Source of the DNA: Auanema rhodensis
Lineage: Eukaryota > Animalia > Nematoda
Length of the DNA: 64,000 bases
Direction of reading: 5' to 3'
Assembly (NCBI GenBank): GCA_964057225.1
Contig: OZ059896.1
Span: 6,820,001-6,884,000 of the forward strand
Of the stretch, positions 1 through 17,388 are shown one piece after another; within the stretch, counting starts at the first letter, position 1; each line of letters begins with the position of its first letter. A program made the position numbers and the translations under genes. The notes below the pieces were generated by a model that made no database searches, had not been told where the DNA came from, and was given only the letters and a program-made list of their open reading frames with translations.

Positions 1-713
1 ATTTTGTTCATCTTGATCATTATGAGCTCATCAATAACTATATATGTATCTAGATATAGGATTATAATAATATTTAACTATAGCAGATTGAATTAGAATT
101 CGAAAATAGAATGAAATTAAGCAGTTCATTGTTTGACTTTCTTGAAAAACTTCTGAATGCTGATGAATATACATGCATGGATGTGTATATGTATCATTTA
201 TATCTTTTATTCATATAGTTAGTAAGTGATAATTGCATTAAATCTTTTCATTGTAGTTATTAAATTCTCTTTCACCTTTTCACGTTTCCTTTCAAAATAA
301 TGCTTCACCAAAACTCATAACTTTTGCTTTTTATATTAAAATATCTAAAAATACATTTGCTCAAACATGAAGAAACTTGAATTAAAGAAGTTAAATCATA
401 GAGAAATGTGAACTCAGTACATACATATAAATTCATAAATGTAACTGATATTCTGCATAGTCTCTCTCTTTCTCTTTTCCATATGAACTTTATAATTTTT
501 GAAATGTAAATAGTTCATAATACCATTCTATTCTCGCTATCTCAGCTCATTCACAATATATAACTATCTTGTTAAGCTTTTCTCATACAAGTTACCATGA
601 CTATCATGCCTTCCTTAGATATACACAAATAGGTAACTGAAAGATATTTTTTTCTCTTTAAATATATAAATAAATGAATCTGTATATATATATATTTATA
701 TATTGTGCTTTAT

Positions 714-833
<120 letters not shown>

Positions 834-2945
834 GTTTTGCCCAATTCTCTTAGTATCTCTAAATTTTATATATTCTCTAAATGGCTCCTCCTATGTCCAA
901 TATAAGCGTTGGCGAGTCTCATGATGCTCCGCCCACCGTCGCCCTGCCATTCGCTGTCGCACCGCTCGACGAACGGACGTCGTCTTTACGTGCTCCTACT
1001 TCGCCTATTTCTACTTCCTTCCAAATCCCCTGATTTCATCGTCGGATAAAAGGTTTTACACATCCTCTAGTGTGATAATACTTTAACCTCTTTGTCCCTC
1101 CATAATAAACATCGATCCTGTTATTTTTCTAAGCAAATTAATTTTGTAAATTGAAATCAGTTCCATCTACCTTACCACCATTATCGTCATCATCGTCTAC
1201 TGCTGTCTATAGTTAATAGGAACATCTAGTCCAACTGCACGTTGATAAGTTTTTTTTCTTTTTATGGATATATGTATAAGTAACGATGAAGTTAGAAAGC
1301 TTCATGTATCGAGGTTTCATCTACTTGTTGACCAAGATCATCTTTGCCGTCGTCGCCTTCTATGTCGTTGTGCCGTATCGATTGTGAAGGGGCTGCCGCC
1401 GGCAGTCTTCTCGTAGTGGGCAGAAACGAAAGAAGTAGAAGAGAGTAAGGCGGATATGCCGTACAGAGAAAGAGCACCAGAGAAAAAGAGAAAGAGAATA
1501 AGTGAGAATATCGAGAGAGAGAGAACAACAATAGGAGAGACGGAGGGAAGAGAGGTTTGGCCAACCCGCTGGCTATTCAGGGCTGTCTGGGCATTGCGAG
1601 ACTGCAATGGCATGGGCCCCGTTTACTTGCTCCCACTCTCTTCTTATTCGCTAACTTTCTAGCCCTTCTCTTACTGCCAGAGGAATTTCTTCTCATTTCT
1701 ACTATCATTGTTAAACAGGGATCCCTTTTTGGTAAAATCCATTTTATAGGCATTCTCACGTCGCATTTGCCCAGATTCGAGCTCTGAGTTATATCTCTGT
1801 TCAAAATCAATCTCATTGCTCTATCTCTTATTATATTTATGTTTTATGTTCAATCTCTATGCCTTATACGCAGGTGTTGGCTTAAGATTTTTAAGCAGCA
1901 GGAGATAATGCTTGCCAAATGCATCGTCACCTTCTTATACATACAAGGTCACCCAGAATTGCCGGTACTAAAAGTAATGCGACTTAGAAAAAGGAAATAA
2001 GATTGCCTAATCCAGAACCAGGATGAGCACCACCTGTCCGGCTGCTACTTTTGTATCCTTTTCTCTTTCTCTCTACTTACCTACCTTATCTCATGCTCTC
2101 TCCCTCTCTCCCTCCCTCTATCATCTCAACACATTTATAGATTAAGTGTATATGCATGTGTTGTATGTTCTATTCAAAGCCTTCTGTTCGTCTCTGCCCC
2201 TGCTGCTATTAGATGTTGGTACTGGCTCGCCTGCATGTGGCAATTCCATATAAGGCATACGCTGCAATTGACCCTATGATGACGACAAACGGGAGAAGGA
2301 CTGTGTGATGTCCATACACTGAGGAGAGAGAGAAAGAGAAGGGAGTCAGGAGATGAATGAAGAGAATGAGAGAGAGACAGAGAGATAGAGAAATCGTGGC
2401 CCCGAAGTCGGCCAGCTGCATTCTGTGACCATCTGTCTATGCGCTCACGGCCCTCATAGCCCGGTCATTTCGTTCTCCTAACGAACATACATGATCATTG
2501 CCAGTACCTTGTCCGTCTGATTTGCATATACTTTCTTAGATCAGAATGTGTATGATCTTAGCTACTTTGATTAGACATATTAACTAACCTCCCCCCCCCC
2601 CCCCCCCCCATTAACGTTATAAGCTGCACACATGTGATACAGCTATTCCTTGAATTCAATGCGATATAGCAGCATTACCCTTATTAGTCCAATCTCTTCA
2701 GATTCATTCTTATTCAATCCAGGAAACTACAAGCATCCGCATTATGTGTCTTGCTCTTCTTCTTCGTCTCTCAGTTATATATATATATATCTAGACATTT
2801 TTAACCCCATACTCCATACTTGCAGAATATCCCTTACTTCAGAAAAATATTTAATAGCTCCATCAAACTATAAGAATTAAAATTTCTCTACAGACTATTC
2901 ATATATATATATATATATATAATTAACAAATATAGTAGATGTTTT

Positions 2946-3030
2946 ACCCCCTTCGCTTCGCTTTCATCGGTGACTTTAGTGTGTTAATGACAACTAAGGC
3001 ACGCGGTGAATGCCAAGCGTAGACGAGGGT
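2946..3030 (+). ncRNA. mir-124: pre-miRNA mir-124 (mature 3p at 2995-3015), inside a large trpa-1 intron
   Basis: Exact miR-124-3p sequence TAAGGCACGCGGTGAATGCCA at 2995-3015. The 5' arm CGCTTCGCTTTCATCGGTGACTTTAGT pairs with it and ends in GTGACTTTAGT, as nematode miR-124-5p does. Confidence 0.97.
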
Positions 3031-4136
3031 TACCGATTTACTTTTTGTTTTACAATATTCCAAATTGTATGTTATATAAATATTCAAAACTATAATCATA
3101 ATTATATAATAAATAAATATATTGTTTAATTCATTAAATAATATTAACAAGTATTTCAATATATGCGCATCTGATAGAAACTTAAAATTTGCAGAAGATT
3201 CGAAGTGAAAGAAAGGAAGGAGCTCAATCTAATTTCATGTACTTCGCGTTAATTCTAACCTTTTCATGTTCCAGTCACAGATGCAAAATCTAAAAGTTTT
3301 CCTGTAATTATAAAATTTATAATCAAAAATTATTTCAAACATGCATAAGTATGCATTTGCAAATGTAGTCTTGTAGCTTCAAATACATATCCGCATTAGC
3401 GGACTTTTTTTTGAAAACTATAAATTGCAAGAATAGAATATATATGATATATCTAAGTTAATACTATATATAGTATGCTGAATACTGTCGTCATTAACAT
3501 ATTCAATAAAATAACAGAAAATGTGCATTTTTATATTCGTTATCAAAGTTTTCAATCTAAATGTTAGTTAAAATACTTTGAGTCGTTATTTTAAATAAAT
3601 TGAAAGTTAATGAAGAATTGAATAACTCTTTGATATATGCCTCAGGCTGTTGAAGAATTCTTGCTTCTTTACTCTTCTATGTACATCTGTGTGCTTATGT
3701 TGAGTTCTTGAATATAAAACGGATCAAATATGAGAAATCGGACATGTACATGAGTACAATCACCAAAAAATAGAATAAAAAATAAAACTAAAACTAAAGA
3801 ATTGATATAAAGACAATAGTTTAAATTATAAATAAATTCAAAATACTTTTAAACGCATAACGATGTAATAAATATTATATATTATATATAATATATAAAG
3901 GCTGTGATGAAGCATAAAAGATTTGAGTGATTAAGTTTGGTCAAATATTGCTAAGGTAACATTGAATACTGGATTATATTTTCCATTAAGAAAATGGACG
4001 GTTAGTAGGAATAAAGAAGGATTAAGCAGGTGTATGACGTAAGTAAGCTTAACATCCAAATATCGCATTGAAGGTTTTAATGAAAAGAAGCTAATAATAG
4101 CAGGATATAGATTATATCTGAATATCTATCTATCTT

Positions 4137-4187
<51 letters not shown>

Positions 4188-4230
4188 ATATAAGTTAAAA
4201 TAGTAATGTAAACATCTCTATTTCATTCAG

Positions 4231-7097
4231 GTTACGAAGATGCTGTCCTTGTACTACTTGATGCTGGAGCAGAAATTGAATCACGAAATGCTGATGATAA
4301 AACTCCTTTACAACTTGCTGTTATGTATAATAAGCTGAATACTTTACGTGAATTAGCTGCAAGAGGAGCTGATGTGGATCGATGTGCCGAAGACGGGTTA
4401 TTATTAACTATATGAATAATTTTTATTATATGTATGTATATAATAACAAAAGAAATTTCGATTACAGTAATACACCTTTATTGGAAGCTGCTCGAAATGG
4501 TAATGACGAAATTGTGCGTTTTCTAATTGGTGATCGAAGATGTTCTGTTTGTAAACGCAATAATCTCAAACAGACAGCATTGGATTTAGCTTTAGAGATG
4601 AAAAATCGGTTTTTGAATGTTTTCTGATTATCATAATGATTGCGTTTCAGAGATGTTGTTCGGACACTTATCACCTCTGATTATTGGACAGAATTATTAA
4701 GACCCCGTGATATAATTAAACTGAGCACAGATAATCGTCTTCGTATTCGTCAAACACCGTTCCGTGAATTAATGGCAGCATTTCCTGAGTTAGCACCGAC
4801 TGTATTCGATAGATTGATTACACGACATGGATTACCGCAAGATTATAATTTCTTTGTGGAATATGATTTCAGTTTTCTGGATGATACATTCATGATGCCA
4901 GATATGGGCATTTTGAATAATCTAGACGATACTGACTATGATATAGTTCCTGATGAAAAGGATAGTAGTTATGATGGTTCTGGTCAATTATATGGTGCGA
5001 TAGATCCATTTGAAGCTGATGGAACAAGTCTCCGTCCTGAAGCACAATTGTATAGTAAAAAGCATGATGTTATTTATATGAATCATCCATTGAAACTGAT
5101 TGCTAATTCGGAAAAGATAACATTATTATCACATGAGTTAGTAGATGAGTTAATTAAATATAAATGGAACAGTGTTGGACGGCAAGTATATTATACAGGT
5201 ATAGTATATAATTCGTTAAATTAAATTAATATGGTTATTTAGCTTTATTCTTTTATATGGTTTTTATTTTATTATATACAACATATGTTACTCATACACC
5301 AGCTCCATATAATGTTTTTGATGAAAGCCAAGGAATGTATATTGATCTAAGTAATCAATTAGATCATTTTAATGGTACATGTACAGAATTGGTTAGTTTA
5401 CATTGTTTACTATATATATATATATATATATATATAGGAAATTTCACGTCCAAAATGGGTGTCAGTGCTAAAAATTATTATAATAGTCCTTGCTTCATGT
5501 GAAATATTTAAAGAGGTTTGGAATTTTTTCATATTCATTAATGCTTTTATGAGTTATAGGCATATCAATTACAATCGCGATGCTTAGCTTACTTCTCATT
5601 TGAAAACTTTGTCGAAGTTTTCATATATTCTTCTTCAATACTGTCTATTCTTGACTTTACTGATTGCTCTGCTGCTACAGGCATACCAATGGTAAGAAAA
5701 ATTTATTAAACAAGTAATGAAATTTGATTGAAAACGAAAGACAATTCATATTTTAAAATATTATCCTTCTGTTGATCTCCAAGTACAATATATTTTAAAT
5801 ATATATCATTTAACTAATTTCTCTCCCTATATTCTTTTTATGGTAAATTGTCAAAGTATTTTATAACATGATTAGGCTTGAGCTTCTTTTAAAGAAAATA
5901 CATTTTTGGGTGTGGTTGAACCACAGCAGCGTGGCGCAGTGGAAGCGTGCTGGGCCCATAACCCAGAGGTCGGTGGATCGAAACCACTCGCTGCTATCTA
6001 TTTTTGTATTTCTGAGGAACATAAAAATTATAATATTTAATACATATTATAATAATTTTAAACATTTTTCAGACCTGGCAATGGAATTTAGCAGCTGTAT
6101 GTTGTTTTCTTGGTTGGATGAACGTTCTTATGCTCATTCGTAAGACACCGAAGTAAGTCACAGATTGTAATGTTAAGGTTTCATGATGCATTTCTCCAGA
6201 TTTGGAATTTACGTTGTGATGTTTTTCGATATTCTCAGTACTTTTACAACTTTCTTCTTTATCTTCGTCTTGTTCGTCGTTTCATTTAGTACCTCGTTCT
6301 TTGTGATAATGCAAAATAGAGTTAGTTTGTTTTCGACTGATGAAAAATACAAAAATAATTTATTATAGCCAGAATTCGCAACCCCATGGGATGCAATTAT
6401 CAAAACTACCGTCATGATGATTGGAGAATTTGAGTTCACAGCTTTATTCTATGGAGACAGAGAAATTCATATTGAACGTCTGTTTGGACCACAGTTAGCA
6501 TATCCACTTTTCCTTGTATTTTGCATTGTTATGACTATCTTACTCATGAATTTGCTGGTAAGTTATTGAAATAATAGTGAAAGCAAGCTGGTTTTATAGG
6601 TCGGTTTAGCTGTAGATGACATCAAAGCTGTCCAAGAAAAGGCGGAATTAAGAAGAAAAGTTTTAATGGTTTGTAAATATTTGAATAGGAAAAAGAGAAA
6701 TTTAAATAGGTTGATCTTGTTTTACAAGTTGAGATAACAATGCCATGGTTGAGGAGAAAACGTTCCGTTGGAAAATATAGAATTTTCAAAAACCAACAAG
6801 GATGGATGAAGAAAATTGTCAGCAAATTCGATTTCATGTCAGGCAAGGGTGAAGACAGTGATACCGAAGACACTGAAGAAGAGGTTTCATATCAATTCAA
6901 TTTTGCTTTCACTAAGTGGGCGTATTCAGATGGCAATAACAGAGTTTCGCGATGAGTTGAAGTGTCAAGGATCTCAAATTAAAAATCTTCAAGAAAACAT
7001 TGACTATATGTATGAAAAACAGCTTAAAGTAGAGCGAATGTTAAAAGAAATACTACGTTTTCATGGTATTGAAACAGAAAAATATGATAGAAGATGA
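4231..7097 (+). CDS. trpa-1: TRPA1-type ankyrin-repeat cation channel, 3' exons only (5' exons lie upstream of the window)
   Basis: Spliced exons give ankyrin repeats (GYEDAVLVLLDAGAEIESRNADDKTPLQLAV; NTPLLEAARNGNDEIVRFL), then LLSHELVDELIKYKW, S4-S5 linker RFGIYVVMF, pore IKTTVMMIGEFEF, S6 ILLMNLLVGLAVDDI and a C-terminal coiled coil. Stop TGA at 7095-7097. Confidence 0.93.
5925..5996 (+). tRNA. initiator tRNA-Met (CAT), intronic in trpa-1
   Basis: 72-nt cloverleaf AGCAGCG...CGCTGCTA with an A1-T72 pair, GGG/CCC anticodon stem around CAT, T-loop GATCGAAA (initiator signature), and a T5 Pol III terminator at 6001-6005. Confidence 0.97.
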
Positions 7098-7565
7098 GGA
7101 ATATGCTTTCATTATTAAGAATTATATCATTTTATTTGTTTTATTATTCATTAACATTCTCATGCAGGTCTCTCATATTATATGACTTTAAAATGATTAT
7201 TTTATTTTTCATAGGATGTGGTGAAAGGATTATACAAATTCAAAATGTATAAATAGTTTGAAGATACTTTTAGAAATGAGATAATATCGTTTCAATTTCA
7301 ATTTTTTTCAGTTGTGATATAATACATTTCACTTAATAAAAATTTATTAGACAATAAACAAGACAAAATAACTATACTATGCATTCTATTATACTTTTAT
7401 TTTAATCTTTACCGAATTGAGTAGTTGAAATGTGGCATCAATATGTTTTATATTATGTATATATACGTATATGTATATGCATATGTATATAGATATAGAT
7501 ATAGATATATATTTATATTTATATGTGTATAGAAATCCTGTAGAACACAGACAAATACCAGTACT

Positions 7566-11335
<3,770 letters not shown>

Positions 11336-12289
11336 TTGGATCTAAAACCAAAGCACATAAAACAAAAACAGACACAATATGTAACTTGAAGACAGAACGA
11401 CATGAAATTGCAAGAATGGTCAAATTATAAGAATAAACAGAAATCAGGAGGAAGTGGGCGTGAAATGTTATGTTCGTCATCCAACTGTTAGCCGCATGCT
11501 GATTCCTTCCGAAATTTCATTTCATGTGTTTCCGGAACAGATCAATCGATTTCCGAAAAAAGTAATGATAGTTCAACCATGAAACACACACACACATATG
11601 GATCATACTCATTTATCTAAAAAGCATAAATCGTCCATTAGATCTAATTGAGAAAGAGAAAAGCACTGTAATGCTTGACGAAGCCAGCTGTGCACATAAC
11701 AAGCATGGCCTTCAGTGCGTTGGCAGCAGCAGATGGAATATCTGCTTAGCTCTTAGGCTCTATTCTCCTCTAATTTAGAGATTTTCATAAACAGTATCTA
11801 CTATTTGCATAAATAATGAGCAATCTGGAAAACACCAAAACAAACTGCAGCAGTTTCAAATCCAAAATCAAGAGTTGGTTCTCTCTTACTGTGCACACAG
11901 TTTTAGCATAAGAAAGTACACATACATGCTTTATTACTATAAAAACCAACATAAATTAGCTAAAGAAAACCCCCAATACGCTTAACATTGACAATGAGAT
12001 TCAAAGAAAAAAATGACTACTGTTCATGAAGCTCTTGTTGAGAAATCAGCTGTATACATAACTAGAGTAACATAAATAAATAAATAAATATTAACATTAT
12101 GGGAATAATAATTACGCAACGCATAACTGAAATAACATCATGTTAAAGTTTGAAGAAGTCACAAGAGGAAAAGCTAAGCTGGAATGGAAGGAACAACTGG
12201 CATTGACCACGCGGTATATTACAACGATTTTGAAGAATTGGGTGAAGATAAAGAAATGGTCGACAACAGACGTTGAGGTCATAAGTATA

Positions 12290-15200
12290 TCACCAGAACC
12301 CAGTTGTCCTTCCTCCTGGTGGATTGCGGACTCTTGTGCTAGCGGGACGGTTGTCAGAAGATCCTGCAAACTTCATATAAGCAATGGTAATATAATTGAA
12401 GCATACCAAAATCAATGTTTGATTCGAAATGAGTTTTCCTAGACTGATTACGAGATGATCCTGCATCAATGCTAGTTTTCTTGACTCCATTGGAAGTAGC
12501 TTCTCTTTCTACTCTCTCGAATCCAATCATCTGGAAAAAAGATCAAAGATATTTGAAAAATGATTTTTGCAACCTTATCACGCTGCTGTACAACGCTGAA
12601 CAGATAGGGACTATTAGGTGAAAGAGCTAAGAAAGCTCCTCGGGCATCCTTCACATTTCCATCTTTCCACGCAACATGCCCTCCAATAATAGTTATCGCA
12701 GCCTATAATTTACTAATTGGTTAATGTCACAAACTTACAGTAAAATATTTCATTCAGAATTGATTTCTACTCCTTTTTTATTCTTATCGTTTATAATATC
12801 ATAATTTGTTTTAAAACACACCTGTGCATGTACTGTCATTCCTTCAAATATATTCACATCAGCATTAGATTGTCCTTCTTCAGCACCAAGCTTTCTCTTA
12901 CAAGCAGTGTCCCATAACACCAAATCAGCATCGGCTCCAACGGCTATTCTTCCCTTCAAGCAAAAGTATGTCATATCTTCTCAAATTTACATTCTTTATA
13001 CCTTTTTTGGATATAGGTTGAATGTTTTGGCAGCATTGGTTGAAACAATAGCTACGAATCGCATGGGGTCAATGCGACCTGTCCGTACAGCCTTTTCCCA
13101 AATAACTGACATTCTTTCTTCTACTCCAGCAACGCCTTTTGGCATTGAAGTGAAATCTTTAGCCGCAAGTCGCACCCCAGAACTTATGGCTTTATGCCCC
13201 GAAGTGCAGACAACAAGTGGCTGGCTATAAGAAAGTTTACCTACTTCAATCATGAAAATTCTTACCTTGCTAATGCAGCCACTAAACGACTAGTGCCTTC
13301 AGTTCGAAGTGGAACATCAGTTAAATGTCCCGAAGCATGCTTCAAGCATTTATTGAAATAGTGAGTCCCGTCAGAAGCCACCGCTGCAGCCGCAATTTCT
13401 GCATGCGACAACGATCCATTACATTTTGACCTTTCCAAAGCAGATAACGAATCCACAGATGATAGCTAAACGAAATCTTTACAAACTACCCTCTGAATCT
13501 CACTATTTTGAAAAGTTGATGTTTCTATTCAAAACTTCAAAAGTTATATTGTGACATTGGTCGAAAGACAGATAGATGCCTCATACATAATAAAGTAAAT
13601 TTTCTGCATTTTAAAAAAGATCGATGATTGTCAAAAGAGGATTTTTGCTCTGGAACTTTTCATCATAGATTTCTGAATGGATATTTCGTAATCGTTTCAG
13701 TGCGACAAACCCATATTGGCATTTTGAGAGAAACACGAAAAAACAGAAAGTTGCTATAGCGATGTATTGATTATATAAAACCTCCTACATCCCCGTTTTT
13801 TTGCAGATAAGGAATTATAATGCAAAACTAGGTTTTCAACAAATATGACTCACCGATAAAATTGAAATAGGGCAATTCGTTAACTGACTCATCACGCAAA
13901 CGCTATTGACTCTTTCGCTTTCCAACTGAAAAACAGTAAAATAACAAAGTACAAATAAGATGAAAGAAAGCAAGACACTAACATCTTCAGGTCTAGATTG
14001 CAAAAATCCCTCTGGACCAGTTATGCCTAAATCCAACATTTTTTTTTCCAAGAAAGGAACAATATTTTTGTTTTCTGGGAGAATACGAGCATGAGTTCCT
14101 AAGCTCCTACAGAATTCCAACACCTGAACACAAAAATAATCATGATGGGAAAGAAGAAAAACTCTAACATGGTACAAATGATTATCTTCGGCTAGGTCGA
14201 TCACAAAACTATTTACTCCCTCGGAAACAGCTTTTTCCATTTCTCGTTTGACACCATCGGACCAACTTCTTATCACAACCTTCAATGAATATGAATGTCT
14301 CGGTAGGTATTAAAGATGACTTACAGATAAAGCAACATTACATAATGCCTTGTCTAAACCTTGGCGAACCCTTGATATTGCGGCAGAAATAGATTCTCCG
14401 TTTTTTGGACAGACCATATCAATAACTGTTCCATTACCACCAGCAATGGCCGCTTTACATCCGGTAGCGATGTCATCAACAGAATCGAGAGCAGTAAGAT
14501 GGGTGTGAACGTCAATACCAGCTGGCAAAAGCATGCGTCCATTTGCCTCAATAATCTGGGCGTCAGGGCCAACTTCAATGTCTACAGCGACCTTTCTAAA
14601 CGGAATAACAATAGTTAAATAAATACAAGAGACTACTTAACATCCTCGGATATAAAAATCGATTTGACTAAACATGTTCTGTTTTTAAGAAACACTAGAT
14701 AAAAGAACAAGCTGTACTAATAAAAAACGTATGTATCCAAGCTATGATATTGTATTTCACCGTCTATTATCGATCGAAATACTTACAGCATTTCTTATAC
14801 GTTTGAAATGGACATTAAGATTAAAGAACATAAAAGGATTTTGTCAAAAACTTATAAACATCAAATTTTATAGTTATATTTTTAGATGTTATGCTGAGTA
14901 TATTGAATAACATGTACCGTTTCAAAAAAGCTAGGTCAAAAAAGAAAAATCGATAAAATAAAAAATATAAAACAAAAACTTACGTGATTATGCCATCTTG
15001 AATAAGCACATCCGCAGAAAACACGGAATCATCGTTAACAACTTGAGCTCCTTTTATCAGCAGCGACATAGTAGCTCCTAAATCTCCACCAGCGTCCGCC
15101 GTTTCCACAGTCGACACGTCCTCTGCGTCCTCTGCACTAACCGGAGCGTTCTCTGCATCTGCCCTCTCATCAAGCAAACGGCGTCGATTTTGCGCAATTG

Positions 15201-16793
15201 GGGTGCACGATTCGTCTGCCAGGACAGCCTGTAATATCAAATGCATGTTATAAAACTAGTCAATGTCTAATTAGGCTAAAAGCAAGATAAAAATCAATTA
15301 GTAAGCAAGGCTAACTAACACTAAGGTCTTCATCATCTCCTAAATCAGGACCTGGTTCCCCGGGAGCAACTTTGGTCACAACCGATTGTAGTATATTCTC
15401 TTTCGCTTCTTTCCAATCACCAGGAGATTCTGGACTGGTCACATCCATTGCATCCATTTGAAAGCTTTTAGAAGTTCCGGGAGCAGCAGGCACTTCAGCG
15501 GGCAGAGGATCTTAAGTTCAAAAGAGTTCCAAACAATATTTGGCATGGGCTTACCAATATCAGTTGAATCTACTTTATCAAATCCGGTAAACCACTCTGG
15601 ACCAGGCTGAGCGGCTTGATCAAATTGGCTGGGCCGAGATTTTTTTTGGATTTTCTGATACACCTTAGATAAATAGATATAAGTTATATAAGCATAATAT
15701 TAAAACCTTATCATGATCCTCAATTTCATTGAAAACTGGGCCAGATGATGTAGGTTTCCGGTTTTGATTTTCCCAAGGACTATTCGTTTCCATAAGCTCT
15801 CGTTCCAAAACATTTTTTCTTCCAAAGTTTCGAGTCTCTTTCATTGGAGGAATCTTTTCGAAAGCAGACCCCGCACCAAATGCTGAACCACCTCCACCAA
15901 ACAATTCCTGAAATATTGTTCTGCTTCACTGTAATTTGAGGAAATACTCACAAGCATCGCCGATGATGTTTCCAAACCCTTGTTGCGGTGACGTTGAATT
16001 GGGGGAGGAACTTCAGATGGTACTGGAGGGATAGGTGAGGATTTAACGGATCCTGAAGATCCAGAGGCAGGCTAAACAGTTAGGATAACTTTACTATCGA
16101 TAATGATTCAAAACCCTAGGGGATGATGCTGATGGTAAAGGAGACTTTGATTTCAATCGACTTTCAGGTCTAGATCCATGCGATGATCCAGATTGATTTC
16201 GTACTTAACATAAACTATATAAATATTGCGAAGCGATTAACAGACCATCACTATTTCCCGAAACAGTTCTTCTTTTATGGGAACAAGTTGGTGAACTCGA
16301 GAATATTTCAATCTCCACAATTCGATGAGGAATAGCATCAAACCTAACCCTGCATTGAAAACTATTTTTACTTCTGGTGAAATAAGATAAATGTATTCTA
16401 ATGAAAAGAAAAATTTTTTATACTTATGAACATAGAAAAATTAAACAATTTACAGTTTTATCCTAAACATGAATACATATTAACCTTGGGTAACACAAAA
16501 CGCGTGTTTAACCTTAAACATCGATTTTCTATTATGATTAAAAACAGTGCAAAAACTGTATGCAATCAAGTTCAGCTGCGTAAACATGACTTTTATATTT
16601 ATCCAAATTCTTCAATAAAAAAATTAAATGTTTAAAATTAAAATTAGAATTCAAGCTTCGATACAATGCTTGATTTTTTTTGTTTTATTTAACTATTTAT
16701 GCATATATTATTATTATTTTAAAACATTGTTTAATTATTGAAAACTAAGTACCTTGTTTCTGCTTTTCTGATCGGTGCCAAGAACGGAAACAT
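12290..16793 (-). CDS. unc-33: UNC-33/CRMP (long isoform; short isoform probably starts at Met 15069)
   Basis: Probable first exon [13 protein letters not shown] (ATG 16793), then a long low-complexity N-extension, then the amidohydrolase-fold core [14 protein letters not shown]...[10 protein letters not shown]...GITGPEG...[12 protein letters not shown]. Ends [16 protein letters not shown]. Catalytic Lys/His/Asp are lost. Confidence 0.93.
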
Positions 16794-17388
16794 CTCTACT
16801 GAACAGAGATGCTTTTGTTCTAGGAGTTTGTGCCGTTGTGCGTCCTCGTCTCTCGACCCTATAAGGACTCTAATAAGACGCCAAATAAACGATTTCTATC
16901 AATAATAGGTTGTCATAAATGAATGAATTAAAAGCAAGAACACCAATTCCTCATCAGATTGATGAGTTCCTCTACGAAAGCAACTCATAAATAGTGTAAC
17001 ATCAGTTGTAACTATTACTGCTGTTAAACGCGTCAAGCATCCGATGGAAAAGAAACTATTCCACACTGACGCGCGTGATGCGCGATCGATGTGCACCAGC
17101 TGCTCTTGTATTCATTCCTTTGAATATTTCATTCTTAATTTTTTTCTTCTTTTTAAAAAAATTATTGTTTAGTGTATCATCGAAAAATTTAATTATTATA
17201 ATCAATAGATTCATCTGTATAAGTTTCTTTCCTCAAACACGCCTATGACTCATTCCATAACGTTAACCGGCTGTTTTTTTCCTTAAAACATTTACTTTTG
17301 TTATTTTTGTGTTTCTTAGAACTTATTATATATTAATTTATTTTTCAGAATATAAATCGTGTAAAAGTATTGATTAAAACTTAAGGGT

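Noticed and set aside
3390-3412. TCCGC-ATTA-GCGGA hairpin followed by a T-run (terminator-like)
   Set aside because: The context is a eukaryotic intron, the stem is only 5 bp, and no associated Pol III promoter is visible.
3994-4000. ATGGACG|GTTAGT as the first exon of a short 3-ankyrin TRPA
   Set aside because: The phase fits, but the mir-124-containing intron implies the real upstream exons lie outside the window.
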